Assembly: GCA_963662285.2 (NCBI GenBank)
Contig: CAXXMV010000002.1
Coordinates: 1,760,001-1,824,000, forward strand
DNA length: 64,000 nt
Reading direction: 5' to 3'
Source: a bacterium
GTDB taxonomy: Bacteria > Hinthialibacterota > Hinthialibacteria > Hinthialibacterales > Hinthialibacteraceae
Part shown: piece after piece, positions 49,238 to 58,349 of the stretch
Numbering within the stretch: the first letter of the stretch is position 1
How the letters are laid out: each line of letters begins with the position of its first letter
Translations under genes and position numbers: made by a program
Notes under the pieces: model-generated
The model's input: only the letters and a program-made list of their open reading frames with translations
What the model was told of the DNA's origin: nothing
The model's database searches: none

Positions 49238-50194
49238 ATGAATTTTGAAAAGAAGATGGGATTGGGGGGGGGTAATGTGATTGAAGATAATTTTATATCG
49301 CAACAGAATAATCTAAACAGTGGACGCTTGCCGAAGAGCGCTGGACTTCTTTTAGTACTGCTCTGCTTCCTGTGGGGTGCTCAATCGGTGAGCATTAAAT
49401 TCAGTAACCAGGGTATGCCGCCGCTTATGGCCGCCGCTTTGCGATCTTTGGTAGCAGGCGTCTTGGTTTTTGTTTATGCTGCTTTTAATCACCGAAAGGC
49501 GTCCTTTCCTCTTGGGCAGACTCGACATGCTGTTATGATCGGTATTTTATTTGGTCTTGAGTTTCTTTTTTTATATTGGAGTTTGGTTTATACTCCGGTT
49601 TCTCGTTCGCTTATCATCCTTTACACTCATCCGTTTTGGGTAGCTTTGGGAGCGCATTTTCTATTAAGAAATGATCGTCTGACCTTTGTCAAACTGATTG
49701 GATTGATCCTGGCTTTCGGTGGAGTCGTAGTGGTGTTTCAGACCCGTTCGCCAAAACTGCCATCCCTATATTGGATAGGTGATATGATGGCATTGACAGC
49801 CGCAATATCCTGGGCCGCCACAACACTATATATTAAGTATATTACAGTAAATGTTAAACTGGATCATATACAGACCTTGTTTGCTCAGCTCATCTACTCA
49901 TTTCCTCTGTTAGCCTTGGGTTCGGTGTTATTTGAATTGCCCGCGAGCCTGGACCTCAATGGAGTAGTATTAGCATCGCTGTTTTTTCAAAGCGTCGTAG
50001 TGGCTTTTGCCTCTTATTTGGTTTGGTTCCGGCTAATTCAACGGCACACGGTAAGTCGCTTGGCGGCTTTTACCTTTTTAACTCCGTTTTTTGGAGTGAT
50101 CCTAGGTGGCATAATCCTGGATGAGCCGTTGACGTTATTGGTTTGGATTGGGCTGGTTTGTGTAGCTGGAGGGCTATATGCAGTAAACCATTGA
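49238..50194 (+). CDS. EamA/DMT family transporter
   Basis: About 10 TM segments; LWG..IK..PPLMAAALRS, LYTHPFWVAL, FLTPFFGV.LG..L.E. Confidence 0.92.
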   Translation: MNFEKKMGLGGGNVIEDNFISQQNNLNSGRLPKSAGLLLVLLCFLWGAQSVSIKFSNQGMPPLMAAALRSLVAGVLVFVYAAFNHRKASFPLGQTRHAVMIGILFGLEFLFLYWSLVYTPVSRSLIILYTHPFWVALGAHFLLRNDRLTFVKLIGLILAFGGVVVVFQTRSPKLPSLYWIGDMMALTAAISWAATTLYIKYITVNVKLDHIQTLFAQLIYSFPLLALGSVLFELPASLDLNGVVLASLFFQSVVVAFASYLVWFRLIQRHTVSRLAAFTFLTPFFGVILGGIILDEPLTLLVWIGLVCVAGGLYAVNH

Positions 50195-50246
50195 TTTATC
50201 AACACCTATCAATGCAGAAATTTAGAAGGTGCAAATCGGCAGCGCA

Positions 50247-50329
50247 TCCCATCAGGTCCATGTCACCACCCAAAAATTCCTCTCTCAAGACTGGGAGAGG
50301 TTAGGTAAGGGTTGATAACCACCACCCTA
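50247..50329 (+). repeat. 83-bp direct repeat, left copy (contains a family C REP)
   Basis: tcccatcaggtccatgtcaccacccaaaaattcctctctcaagactgggagaggttaggtaagggttgataaccaccacccta; matches 54546-54628. Confidence 0.9.
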
Positions 50330-50538
50330 TTTATCCATTAATCGTTTCACTATCTCTTCATTATTATTCTCTTTAGCAAGATCAAGCGCGGTCTTGCCAT
50401 CATTGTTTTACATCTGTTTATTGAAAAATACAACATTTTACATAATAATTAGTTTGTAAAATCTTAATTGTGATATCAATATAAGAGTCAGGAAATTTAT
50501 TTATTCTACTGTTGATAATATTTAAGGAGAAATGTCTA

Positions 50539-52314
50539 ATGAGGATTATTTTTGTTATTTCAGCGCTATTGGTATCTTTCAATTTGACGGTAATTGCCCA
50601 GAATATAAATACTACTGATAATTTTCCCGACCCGAATTTCAAGGCTTTTGTGGAAGATATTATGAAGGTTCAGAAAGGTGGAGAATTCACCGCAGCTGAT
50701 GCGGCAGAACATTCGGCCCTGATTTTTAATTGTAATAATAAAAGAATAGAGGATTTAACAGGAATCGAATATTTCAAAAAAATCGAGGAACTGGATTTTT
50801 CATATAATCAGATAACTAATGTTGATTTATCATCAAATAAATCTCTAACATCATTGACTTGTTATAATAATCAATTGGAGGGATTGGATGTAACCTCAAA
50901 TACGATTTTGAAGTCTATAACCTGTTACAAAAATAAATTGAAGGAACTGGATTTATCTCACAACAAGGATTTGACATCATTATCATGTGGTCTAAACATG
51001 TTGGCCACTATGGATGTATCAAACAACCCGGAACTTAGTTATTTGTCTTGCTTCAATAATAAGATATCCAAGTTGGATTTATCATCTAATACGGCTTTGA
51101 CATCCTTGCTTTGTTACAATAATCAATTAACCGAACTGGATACGTCATCTAACCCGTCTTTAGAAATCTTGCATTGTAGTAATAACCTGCTGCAGAATTT
51201 GGATTTATCATCTAACGGGGATTTAACTGAATTATGGTGTCACCGTAACCAGTTGAAGACCCTGAATCTTCCCCCTAATACGGATTTAGTATATCTGCTA
51301 TGTGATGATAATCAATTAACGGAACTGGATGTATCGGGCAACACGGCATTGGAAAAATTTGATTGTTCATATAACCAGTTAACGCAGCTGGATGTATCGT
51401 CCAATACAGCGCTGACAAAATTATCCTGCGGCGCCAACCAATTGACATCATTGGATATTACCAATAACAAGGCTTTGCGCTATGCGTCGTGCGGCAATAA
51501 TCAACTGACGGAGTTGGATGTATCGGCCAACAAGGAATTAGTGGATTTGAATTGTTACAACAACCAATTAACCAATCTTGATTTATCCTCAAATGAGTAT
51601 TTATCCTGGCTGCATTGTCAACATAACCAGTTAACCGGATTGGATGTTTCGTTCAATCCCATATTAAAAGGTCTGATGTGCAATCATAATAAGTTATCGC
51701 AAATAGATTTCTCCATGAACGGTCTAATGTTTTGGCTGAATTGCGCTAATAACCTTTTAAGGGAATTGCCTTTGTCATCAATCATTAACTTGCACTGGCT
51801 GTATTGCGAAAATAATTTATTGACAGAATTGGATTTGTCGTTATCCCTTAATTTACAAAGAGTGATATGCCATAACAACCAATTAACCGAGCTGGATTCA
51901 TCTAATATCAGACACCTGATTTGGCTGGATTGCCATGACAATCTGTTATCCGAACTGGATGTTTCATCGCAGGTGAATCTGAGCAGATTGATTTGCCATA
52001 ACAACCAATTGGCAGAATTGAATTTGAAGAATAATACTTTTCTTCGGTTTTTGGATTGTAAAAATAACCAAATCAATGATATTACAAGTTTTCATTCTAT
52101 ACGTGATTTGAGGGCTGCAAATCTTTCATACAACAACCTCGATTATGGAGATCGAAACGATATTCAATTGCTCAAAAATCATTTGGGCGATCCCGCCTTT
52201 TCTGACACTGTAACTGATTGGTTGATATACGGCCTGGAGTATTCTCCACAGAATAATATCGATCCTTATGAACTGGATACAAACGTTTATGATTGGATGC
52301 TGCATGAGGAGTAG
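50539..52314 (+). CDS. Secreted leucine-rich repeat protein (21-aa Cys-containing InlJ-type LRRs); ends in the shared C-terminal motif
   Basis: Signal peptide; FPDPNF N-cap; about 20 LxxLxCxxNQLxxLDxSxNxx repeats; YSPQ C-cap; ends TNVYDWMLHEE. Confidence 0.92.
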   Translation: MRIIFVISALLVSFNLTVIAQNINTTDNFPDPNFKAFVEDIMKVQKGGEFTAADAAEHSALIFNCNNKRIEDLTGIEYFKKIEELDFSYNQITNVDLSSNKSLTSLTCYNNQLEGLDVTSNTILKSITCYKNKLKELDLSHNKDLTSLSCGLNMLATMDVSNNPELSYLSCFNNKISKLDLSSNTALTSLLCYNNQLTELDTSSNPSLEILHCSNNLLQNLDLSSNGDLTELWCHRNQLKTLNLPPNTDLVYLLCDDNQLTELDVSGNTALEKFDCSYNQLTQLDVSSNTALTKLSCGANQLTSLDITNNKALRYASCGNNQLTELDVSANKELVDLNCYNNQLTNLDLSSNEYLSWLHCQHNQLTGLDVSFNPILKGLMCNHNKLSQIDFSMNGLMFWLNCANNLLRELPLSSIINLHWLYCENNLLTELDLSLSLNLQRVICHNNQLTELDSSNIRHLIWLDCHDNLLSELDVSSQVNLSRLICHNNQLAELNLKNNTFLRFLDCKNNQINDITSFHSIRDLRAANLSYNNLDYGDRNDIQLLKNHLGDPAFSDTVTDWLIYGLEYSPQNNIDPYELDTNVYDWMLHEE

Positions 52315-52360
52315 TGATTCTCCAATATATATTAATACAAAATTTTAGGAGTATTACTTA

Positions 52361-54469
52361 ATGAAACCTGTTATAGGAATTATTGTGGTGTTTCTTACTT
52401 TAAACGTGAATGGCTTTGCTCAGAATATCAATACGACTGAAAATTTTCCAGATGCCAATTTTAAGTCTTATGTTGAACAATATATGGGAATTAATTCAGG
52501 TGGAGTATTTACAGCAGCAGAAGCGTATGTCATGACCGACTATTTTAATTGTGAAGGAAAAGAGATAAGTGATTTAAGTGGAATAGGTTATTTTAAGAAT
52601 ATAACTAACCTGAATTGCTACAATAACAAATTATCGTTACTGGATGTGTCGACCAACACAGCTTTGACTACTTTATCATGTGGAAATAACCAGTTAACGG
52701 AGCTGGATATATCGTCCAATACGGCTTTGACTCATTTATTGTGTGGCAATAACCAGTTATCAGAGCTGGATGTATTTAATAACAAAAGATTGACTTTTTT
52801 AAATTGTAGATATAACCAATTAAGCGAAATAGATGTGTCATCCAATACGGCTTTGACTTCTTTATCGTGTGGAGATAATCAGTTAACAAATTTGGAATTG
52901 TCATCCAACTCTGCATTGGCTGCATTATCATGTGAAGAAAATGTGTTGAAGGAATTGGATATATCGTTTAATACTGTTTTGAATAAGGTGAATTGTAATA
53001 ATAACCAGTTAGCGGAATTGGATGTGTCGTCAAACACGGTATTGTCTTCCTTGTCGTGTGAAGATAACCAGATAACTGGACTGGATATATCGTCAGCGAC
53101 AGGATTAATATACTTGAATTGCGGTTGTAACCAATTGAAGGAATTGAATGTATCGACTAACACCGATTTGGAAAAATTGTATTGCTTTAAAAATCAGATA
53201 GCAGTACTGGATACTTCGTTCAATGAATATTTGTATTTGCTGGATTGCTATGATAATGAATTAAGTGAACTGACTTTATCGTGCAACAGAGCTTTAACAT
53301 ATTTAAATTGCTCTCAAAACATGTTAAAGGATTTGGACTTAAGGTTTAACATAGAATTGCGTAGGTTGTATTGTCATAATAACCAAATATCTGATATATC
53401 AAGTTGGGCATCCCATCCTAATATTAAAATCGTAGACGTAAGGAATAACAGCCTGGATAATGGTGATTGGGCGGATATAAGATTGATGCTAAATCTATTG
53501 GGAGATCCTGCGTTTAATAATGAGAGGCTTGTATCTGGATTTGCTTATTCTCCTCAAGATTATTTTGATCCCAATGATTTAGTAAATATCAATACAATGG
53601 AAAACTTTCCTGATGCAAATTTCAAGGATTATGTTGAAATATATATGGGAGTTGCTCCAGGTGGACAATTTACCACTGCAGAAGCTGCATCAAAAACAAT
53701 TGAATTTTTTAATTGTAGTAAAAAAGAAATAAAGGATTTATCTGGAATTGAGTATTTTGTGAATTTACAACCTCTATATTGTAATGATAATCCGTTAACC
53801 ATGATGGATTTGTCGTCTAACACGGCTTTGACTTTTTTATCATGCGAAAATTGTCAGTTAACGGTTTTGGATGTATCGTCAAATACGGCTTTGGAATCAT
53901 TGTATTGCCACTATAACCAATTATCAGTTTTAGATATATCGCAGAATAAGGCTTTGGATTCATTGGTTTGCTCAAATAACCGGTTAATTGAGCTGGATGT
54001 GACTTCTAATCGGGATTTGACTTTTTTATCGTGTGAAGATAATCAGTTAAAAGTTCTGGATGTATCGTATAACACATTTTTGGAAATATTGGTTTGCTCA
54101 AATAACCGGTTAGTTGAACTGGATGTGACGGCTTGCAAGAATTTACATTCTTTAAGATGCGACAGTAACAAGATATCGCAAATCGATTTGTCAAATAATA
54201 ATAATTTAAAAATATTTGATTGTAATAATAACCAAATACAAGATATATCAAGTTTGCTTTCTCTAAGTAATCTAATATCTGTAAATGTAATTAATAATAA
54301 CCTGGATTATAGTGATTGGGATAATATACAATCACTGCTTGAAAAATTGGGATATCCAGATTTTTTAGATAATGGTAATCTTCGAGTTGGTTTGGCTTAT
54401 TCTCCACAAAACAATTTCGATCCCTATGTACTTGATACCAGCGTTAAAAATTGGATGTACCATGAATAA
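52361..54469 (+). CDS. Secreted LRR protein made of two complete capped LRR modules; ends in the shared C-terminal motif
   Basis: NINTTENFPDANF cap repeated at aa 409 (nt 53585); ends TSVKNWMYHE. Confidence 0.92.
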   Translation: MKPVIGIIVVFLTLNVNGFAQNINTTENFPDANFKSYVEQYMGINSGGVFTAAEAYVMTDYFNCEGKEISDLSGIGYFKNITNLNCYNNKLSLLDVSTNTALTTLSCGNNQLTELDISSNTALTHLLCGNNQLSELDVFNNKRLTFLNCRYNQLSEIDVSSNTALTSLSCGDNQLTNLELSSNSALAALSCEENVLKELDISFNTVLNKVNCNNNQLAELDVSSNTVLSSLSCEDNQITGLDISSATGLIYLNCGCNQLKELNVSTNTDLEKLYCFKNQIAVLDTSFNEYLYLLDCYDNELSELTLSCNRALTYLNCSQNMLKDLDLRFNIELRRLYCHNNQISDISSWASHPNIKIVDVRNNSLDNGDWADIRLMLNLLGDPAFNNERLVSGFAYSPQDYFDPNDLVNINTMENFPDANFKDYVEIYMGVAPGGQFTTAEAASKTIEFFNCSKKEIKDLSGIEYFVNLQPLYCNDNPLTMMDLSSNTALTFLSCENCQLTVLDVSSNTALESLYCHYNQLSVLDISQNKALDSLVCSNNRLIELDVTSNRDLTFLSCEDNQLKVLDVSYNTFLEILVCSNNRLVELDVTACKNLHSLRCDSNKISQIDLSNNNNLKIFDCNNNQIQDISSLLSLSNLISVNVINNNLDYSDWDNIQSLLEKLGYPDFLDNGNLRVGLAYSPQNNFDPYVLDTSVKNWMYHE

Positions 54470-54545
54470 ATCGGTAATCCAGCGAAGTAGATGTTACAAA
54501 GCGCCAGCATGTACCATCAAAGCCACTGATGAATCAGCGGAATAG

Positions 54546-54628
54546 TCCCATCAGGTCCATGCCGCCACCCAAAATCCCTCTCTCAAGACTGGGAGAGGCC
54601 AGGTGATAGTTGGATAACCGCCACCCTA
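54546..54628 (+). repeat. 83-bp direct repeat, right copy
   Basis: tcccatcaggtccatgccgccacccaaaatccctctctcaagactgggagaggccaggtgatagttggataaccgccacccta. Confidence 0.9.
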
Positions 54629-54857
54629 ATTCACAGTATCATTTGATATAACATCTATAACTTCAACCATTTGGCAGTGGTCTGATTAACGCTTCTGCAT
54701 CTAAAATAAGACTTGCCACCCATGCGTAAGTGGGTTAGAGTAGTCAAACAGAGGCAAATATCATGGAAACCTTCTGTGCATATTTTGGCAAACTTGAATA
54801 TCTTGGTGAAAAATGCAATACTTTGTTGATTCAATATATAAAAGGAGAAGGTGTACA

Positions 54858-57701
54858 ATGATTGCTACAACTCCAGTTCGTTATTTGGCATCTATTCGGG
54901 CGTTACAGATCAGGATTCTATTCCTGGCGGGGTTCTTAATTTCACTCTCTGCTGTTACGGCTTCGGCCGGGGATGTGATGATCGACTTCAATTCCTTGGG
55001 GTCATACCTGGGTAAGAATACATTCAACTATCAGGGATTCCAATGGGTTAATTTCGCGAGCGGTCCCGGGTATTACGGGAATCCCGGACGGGACGTATAT
55101 ACTGGAAACACCTATCATGATTCCTATACGATTAGATGGCTCGGAAGCAATAATTATTTTTTAAAGAGTATGCAAATATGTTGGTTCCTGCCGAATACGT
55201 CGCAACCAGTTGCCGTATTCACGGGATATCGCGACGGAGCGCAGGTATACACAAAATCGGTTGCCCTAAGCGGTTATAGATCATTTAAGACGCTCAGTTT
55301 TAATTGGCTGGTTGACACAATAGTAATCACGGGCAACCGGGGCAACAACTCCGGCGACATGAACGGCGTTGCGATTGATATCGATAATTTTTCCTATCGC
55401 GATCTAAGCGATAATAAGGCCCCGGTGATCAGCCAAGGCGATTCGACTACAGTCGACATGTCTGAGGATGGATCCCCAACACTCTTCAGCCTTACACTGA
55501 ACGCCGCAGATCCCGAAGGGGACGCGATCAACTGGAGTCTCGCTTCGCCCGCCGCCCATGGCGCAGCCGAAGTCAATGGCTCAGGCGCCAATATATCTGT
55601 CAAATACACGCCGAACGCCAACTACAACGGCGACGACAGTTTTCAAGTTCGCGCGGATGACGGCTTTGAAGCCTGGGACACGATTACCGTTCAGGTAAAT
55701 ATCGCTGCCGAGCAGGATGCGCCTGACGCTGTGGATGACCAGATTTCAATCCCCGCAAACGCATCCGCAACGATTCCTGTGCTCGATAACGATTCCGATA
55801 TCGATGGGGATACGCTTACGATTCAGACATTTACTCAGGGCGTATACGGACGAGTTTCCATAGATGGGACAAATCTGATTTACACAGCTAATCCCTTTCA
55901 CCGGGGAGCCGATGAATTCACCTATACAATACAGGATGGTAATGAAGGCGTCGACACGGCTACTGTGTTTGTGGATGTCACCGCGCCTGTTTTCAATATC
56001 ATGGCGTCTCTGCCGAAAACCGGTATTGTGGAGAATTATGGCCGGGAAGTGAATAACGGAGTGCTGTTGGCCCTGGAAGACATCAACAATCAGGGCGCAA
56101 TGCATTTGGATCTGCAAATTGAGGACAATGAAAGTTCCTTAACGAATGAGGAGGACTCGTTCAATGCGGCAACCGGCAACCAGGAAATACTGGCGGTTGT
56201 GGGAGGAGTTATTTCGGCTCATGCGCTTGAGATGGGCAAGATCGCCAGCAACATGGAATTGCCCCTCTTTTCGCCTACGGCGACTTCCCAGATCCTCAAT
56301 TCCAGCCAATACAATCAATATGTGATCAAAATTTCGCCGCTGGATAATTATCAAATCGAGGCGGTTCTATCTCAATTGGAAAGTTTGAACATACAGAAAA
56401 TCGTCCTGCTCAACGAAGACTCCCCCTATGGAGAAGGATTCTATGATGGGCTTTCCGCCGCGGAGGAAACGATCCAAGTACTCGAGCATTATGCCTTTCC
56501 TTATGGTGAATTGGACTTGGAGACGGCGATTCCTATTATTCGGGATGCCAGCGTTGCGGGCGCCCAAATCGGCGTAATCGCCGCCTATGATCAGGATGCC
56601 AATCGCTTATTGAAACGGCTGTCCGAAATCCCGGAATTGATGAATTTCGGCTGGATTATGACCGATGGGGCGGCCATAGAAGCGACGCTCGAGGAGTTGC
56701 CGTTCGATAATGAACTCTATGTTCCCCGGTTATATGGCCTGACTCCCAGCATTGCGGATAATTTGGATAAATCGCAAGATTTCAAATCGAAATTCGTAGC
56801 TCAGTTTTCCGAAAAACCCGAATGGCTTTCGTATTATGGATACGATTCCCTGATGGCTTGCGCGGCCGCGCTGAATCGGGCGACGGAACAAACCCGGGCG
56901 GGTATTTGGGATGCCATCAGCAATCTACAATATGATGGAGCAACTGGACAAAAATGGTTCGATGAGAAGGGATTGCTTCAAAGCGCCGTTTATGATGTTA
57001 AAAAAGTGATCAACGGCGAATTTGTAATTTTGAGCGAATTACGGGTAAAACAGCCGGGCGTACAAAACTCTTCCGCCGGGAAGGTGCAAACCAGATCGAT
57101 GGAGCCATTGAACGGTGAATCCGATCTCCTTTTCGAGGGATTCAGATACACGCTGCCGGGCGCCGATCAACATATCGGCCATATAGCGGGCGGCGCAGGG
57201 CCGGATGGCTCGTGGATCGCCCAGTCGCGGGATTATAACGAGGGCCAGGTTCTGATGGCGTTTTATGAAGACGCCGTGCGGGGACTGACAGACAATGGCG
57301 AGCCTTTCGGTTTTCAAGATGGGATTACTTATAATCTAGCCTTCGATATGAACCGTACAACTGTGGTAAGACAAGTACCGTCGGGCGATTCCATTTTGGA
57401 GGTGAAAGTCACCTTGGTGTGCCGGTATCGTGATGGAAACGGTGTTCAGCGTTTCGCCAACAAAGACCTGGTTGAAAAGGCTGTAACCTTTGCAGAATGG
57501 CCGCAGGAAGGCCCGTTTCTGCTGGATATACCGGTTCCCTACAGTTCAGTGGCCCCCGTCGGCGCCGATTACGCCGCTGAGGATCAACTGTTGAATTGGG
57601 AAATCAGCCTATTAAATGCCGCACATCAGGCAATCACCCTGAAATCCGTATCCATCATCCAGGGGGATACAACGGATATCAAAAATTACATGCTGTATTA
57701 A
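54858..57701 (+). CDS. Large secreted protein: unknown N-domain, two Ig/cadherin-like (Big_9-type) repeats, type 1 periplasmic-binding-protein domain, unknown C-domain; ends in a variant of the shared motif
   Basis: YTPNANYNGDDSF and PDAVDD..VLDNDSDIDGDTL..FTYTIQDG; GVLLALEDINNQG..AVVGG..SPTAT..YGEG..YGYD..YDGATG..FDEKG; ends TDIKNYMLY; AAGGAG RBS. Confidence 0.85.
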   Translation: MIATTPVRYLASIRALQIRILFLAGFLISLSAVTASAGDVMIDFNSLGSYLGKNTFNYQGFQWVNFASGPGYYGNPGRDVYTGNTYHDSYTIRWLGSNNYFLKSMQICWFLPNTSQPVAVFTGYRDGAQVYTKSVALSGYRSFKTLSFNWLVDTIVITGNRGNNSGDMNGVAIDIDNFSYRDLSDNKAPVISQGDSTTVDMSEDGSPTLFSLTLNAADPEGDAINWSLASPAAHGAAEVNGSGANISVKYTPNANYNGDDSFQVRADDGFEAWDTITVQVNIAAEQDAPDAVDDQISIPANASATIPVLDNDSDIDGDTLTIQTFTQGVYGRVSIDGTNLIYTANPFHRGADEFTYTIQDGNEGVDTATVFVDVTAPVFNIMASLPKTGIVENYGREVNNGVLLALEDINNQGAMHLDLQIEDNESSLTNEEDSFNAATGNQEILAVVGGVISAHALEMGKIASNMELPLFSPTATSQILNSSQYNQYVIKISPLDNYQIEAVLSQLESLNIQKIVLLNEDSPYGEGFYDGLSAAEETIQVLEHYAFPYGELDLETAIPIIRDASVAGAQIGVIAAYDQDANRLLKRLSEIPELMNFGWIMTDGAAIEATLEELPFDNELYVPRLYGLTPSIADNLDKSQDFKSKFVAQFSEKPEWLSYYGYDSLMACAAALNRATEQTRAGIWDAISNLQYDGATGQKWFDEKGLLQSAVYDVKKVINGEFVILSELRVKQPGVQNSSAGKVQTRSMEPLNGESDLLFEGFRYTLPGADQHIGHIAGGAGPDGSWIAQSRDYNEGQVLMAFYEDAVRGLTDNGEPFGFQDGITYNLAFDMNRTTVVRQVPSGDSILEVKVTLVCRYRDGNGVQRFANKDLVEKAVTFAEWPQEGPFLLDIPVPYSSVAPVGADYAAEDQLLNWEISLLNAAHQAITLKSVSIIQGDTTDIKNYMLY

Positions 57702-57705
57702 AAAC

Positions 57706-57786
57706 CTGAAATAGTTCATCCTCCGCAAGATTTCGCTGCATGGGAACAATTATGATTGCAAAACCGGGGGATGGTTTGAATAACGA
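57706..57786 (+). pseudogene. Degenerate copy of the last ~26 codons of the 4Fe-4S gene (49159-49238)
   Basis: EIVHPPQDFAAWEQL*LQNRGMV* vs DMVHPPEDFAAWERLRLQNRGLVS*; both are followed by taacga. Confidence 0.9.
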
Positions 57787-57787
57787 A

Positions 57788-57821
57788 GTAAGATGGGACA
57801 AATCGAAAGATTTGTCCCATC
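57788..57821 (+). repeat. REP-like family B copy
   Basis: gtaagatgggacaaatc-gaaa-gatttgtcccatc, perfect hairpin. Confidence 0.85.
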
Positions 57822-57896
57822 GGCTATCTATTCGCCTATTCAATTATCAATAATTACTTAGGTATCAGCCAAACAAAAAACTAAAACGTTTATCAA

Positions 57897-58226
57897 TTAT
57901 TGTTCACAATCTTTTTTCAAATACAGTTTGTAATACCAAAAAGAAAAAAGTGTGAATAATACGAATGAAACATCTAATAAGGATATACCCTCAAATCGAA
58001 AAACACATAGGCACCAAATAAACAAAGCGTTATAAGCGCTCCAGACTACAAGGGTATTATCATATTGCTTTAAAGTCATATATTTACGATTTTTCCATAT
58101 ATAAACCGCCATAAAGACTACATACGCAACATTCAATCCGATGTAAGCGGAATAGGCTGATTTGAAAATCAGCAAAAATAATCCCACAAAACAAATGATA
58201 ACATTATTCCAATTTATCATATCCAT
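57897..58226 (-). CDS. Small AT-rich 4-TM membrane protein
   Basis: AAAGGA RBS before ATG 58226; four hydrophobic segments; the longer ORF-track start runs through a REP and an IS remnant. Confidence 0.55.
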   Translation of the reverse strand: MDMINWNNVIICFVGLFLLIFKSAYSAYIGLNVAYVVFMAVYIWKNRKYMTLKQYDNTLVVWSAYNALFIWCLCVFRFEGISLLDVSFVLFTLFSFWYYKLYLKKDCEQ

Positions 58227-58305
58227 TATTCCTTTTGAGTTATTCTTTATGTTATGTATGTCCATGCGGGTAACTTGAGTTTTTTTTAAATACTTAGGTG
58301 ATCGC

Positions 58306-58348
58306 ATCAAGGGTTGATCGCTTTGCGGTCTTGCCCTTGCCACCCGCC
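58306..58348 (+). repeat. REP-like family A copy
   Basis: atcaagggttgatcgctttgcggtcttgcccttgccacccgcc. Confidence 0.8.
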
Positions 58349-58349
58349 C

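Noticed and set aside
50700-54300. 63-nt periodic DNA repeats
   Set aside because: Fully explained by the 21-aa LRR coding repeats
54640-54850. Possible riboswitch (e.g. c-di-GMP-I) in the leader of the Ig-PBP gene
   Set aside because: Only a ggcaaa..gaaa fragment; the required paired elements and downstream conserved motifs are not evident
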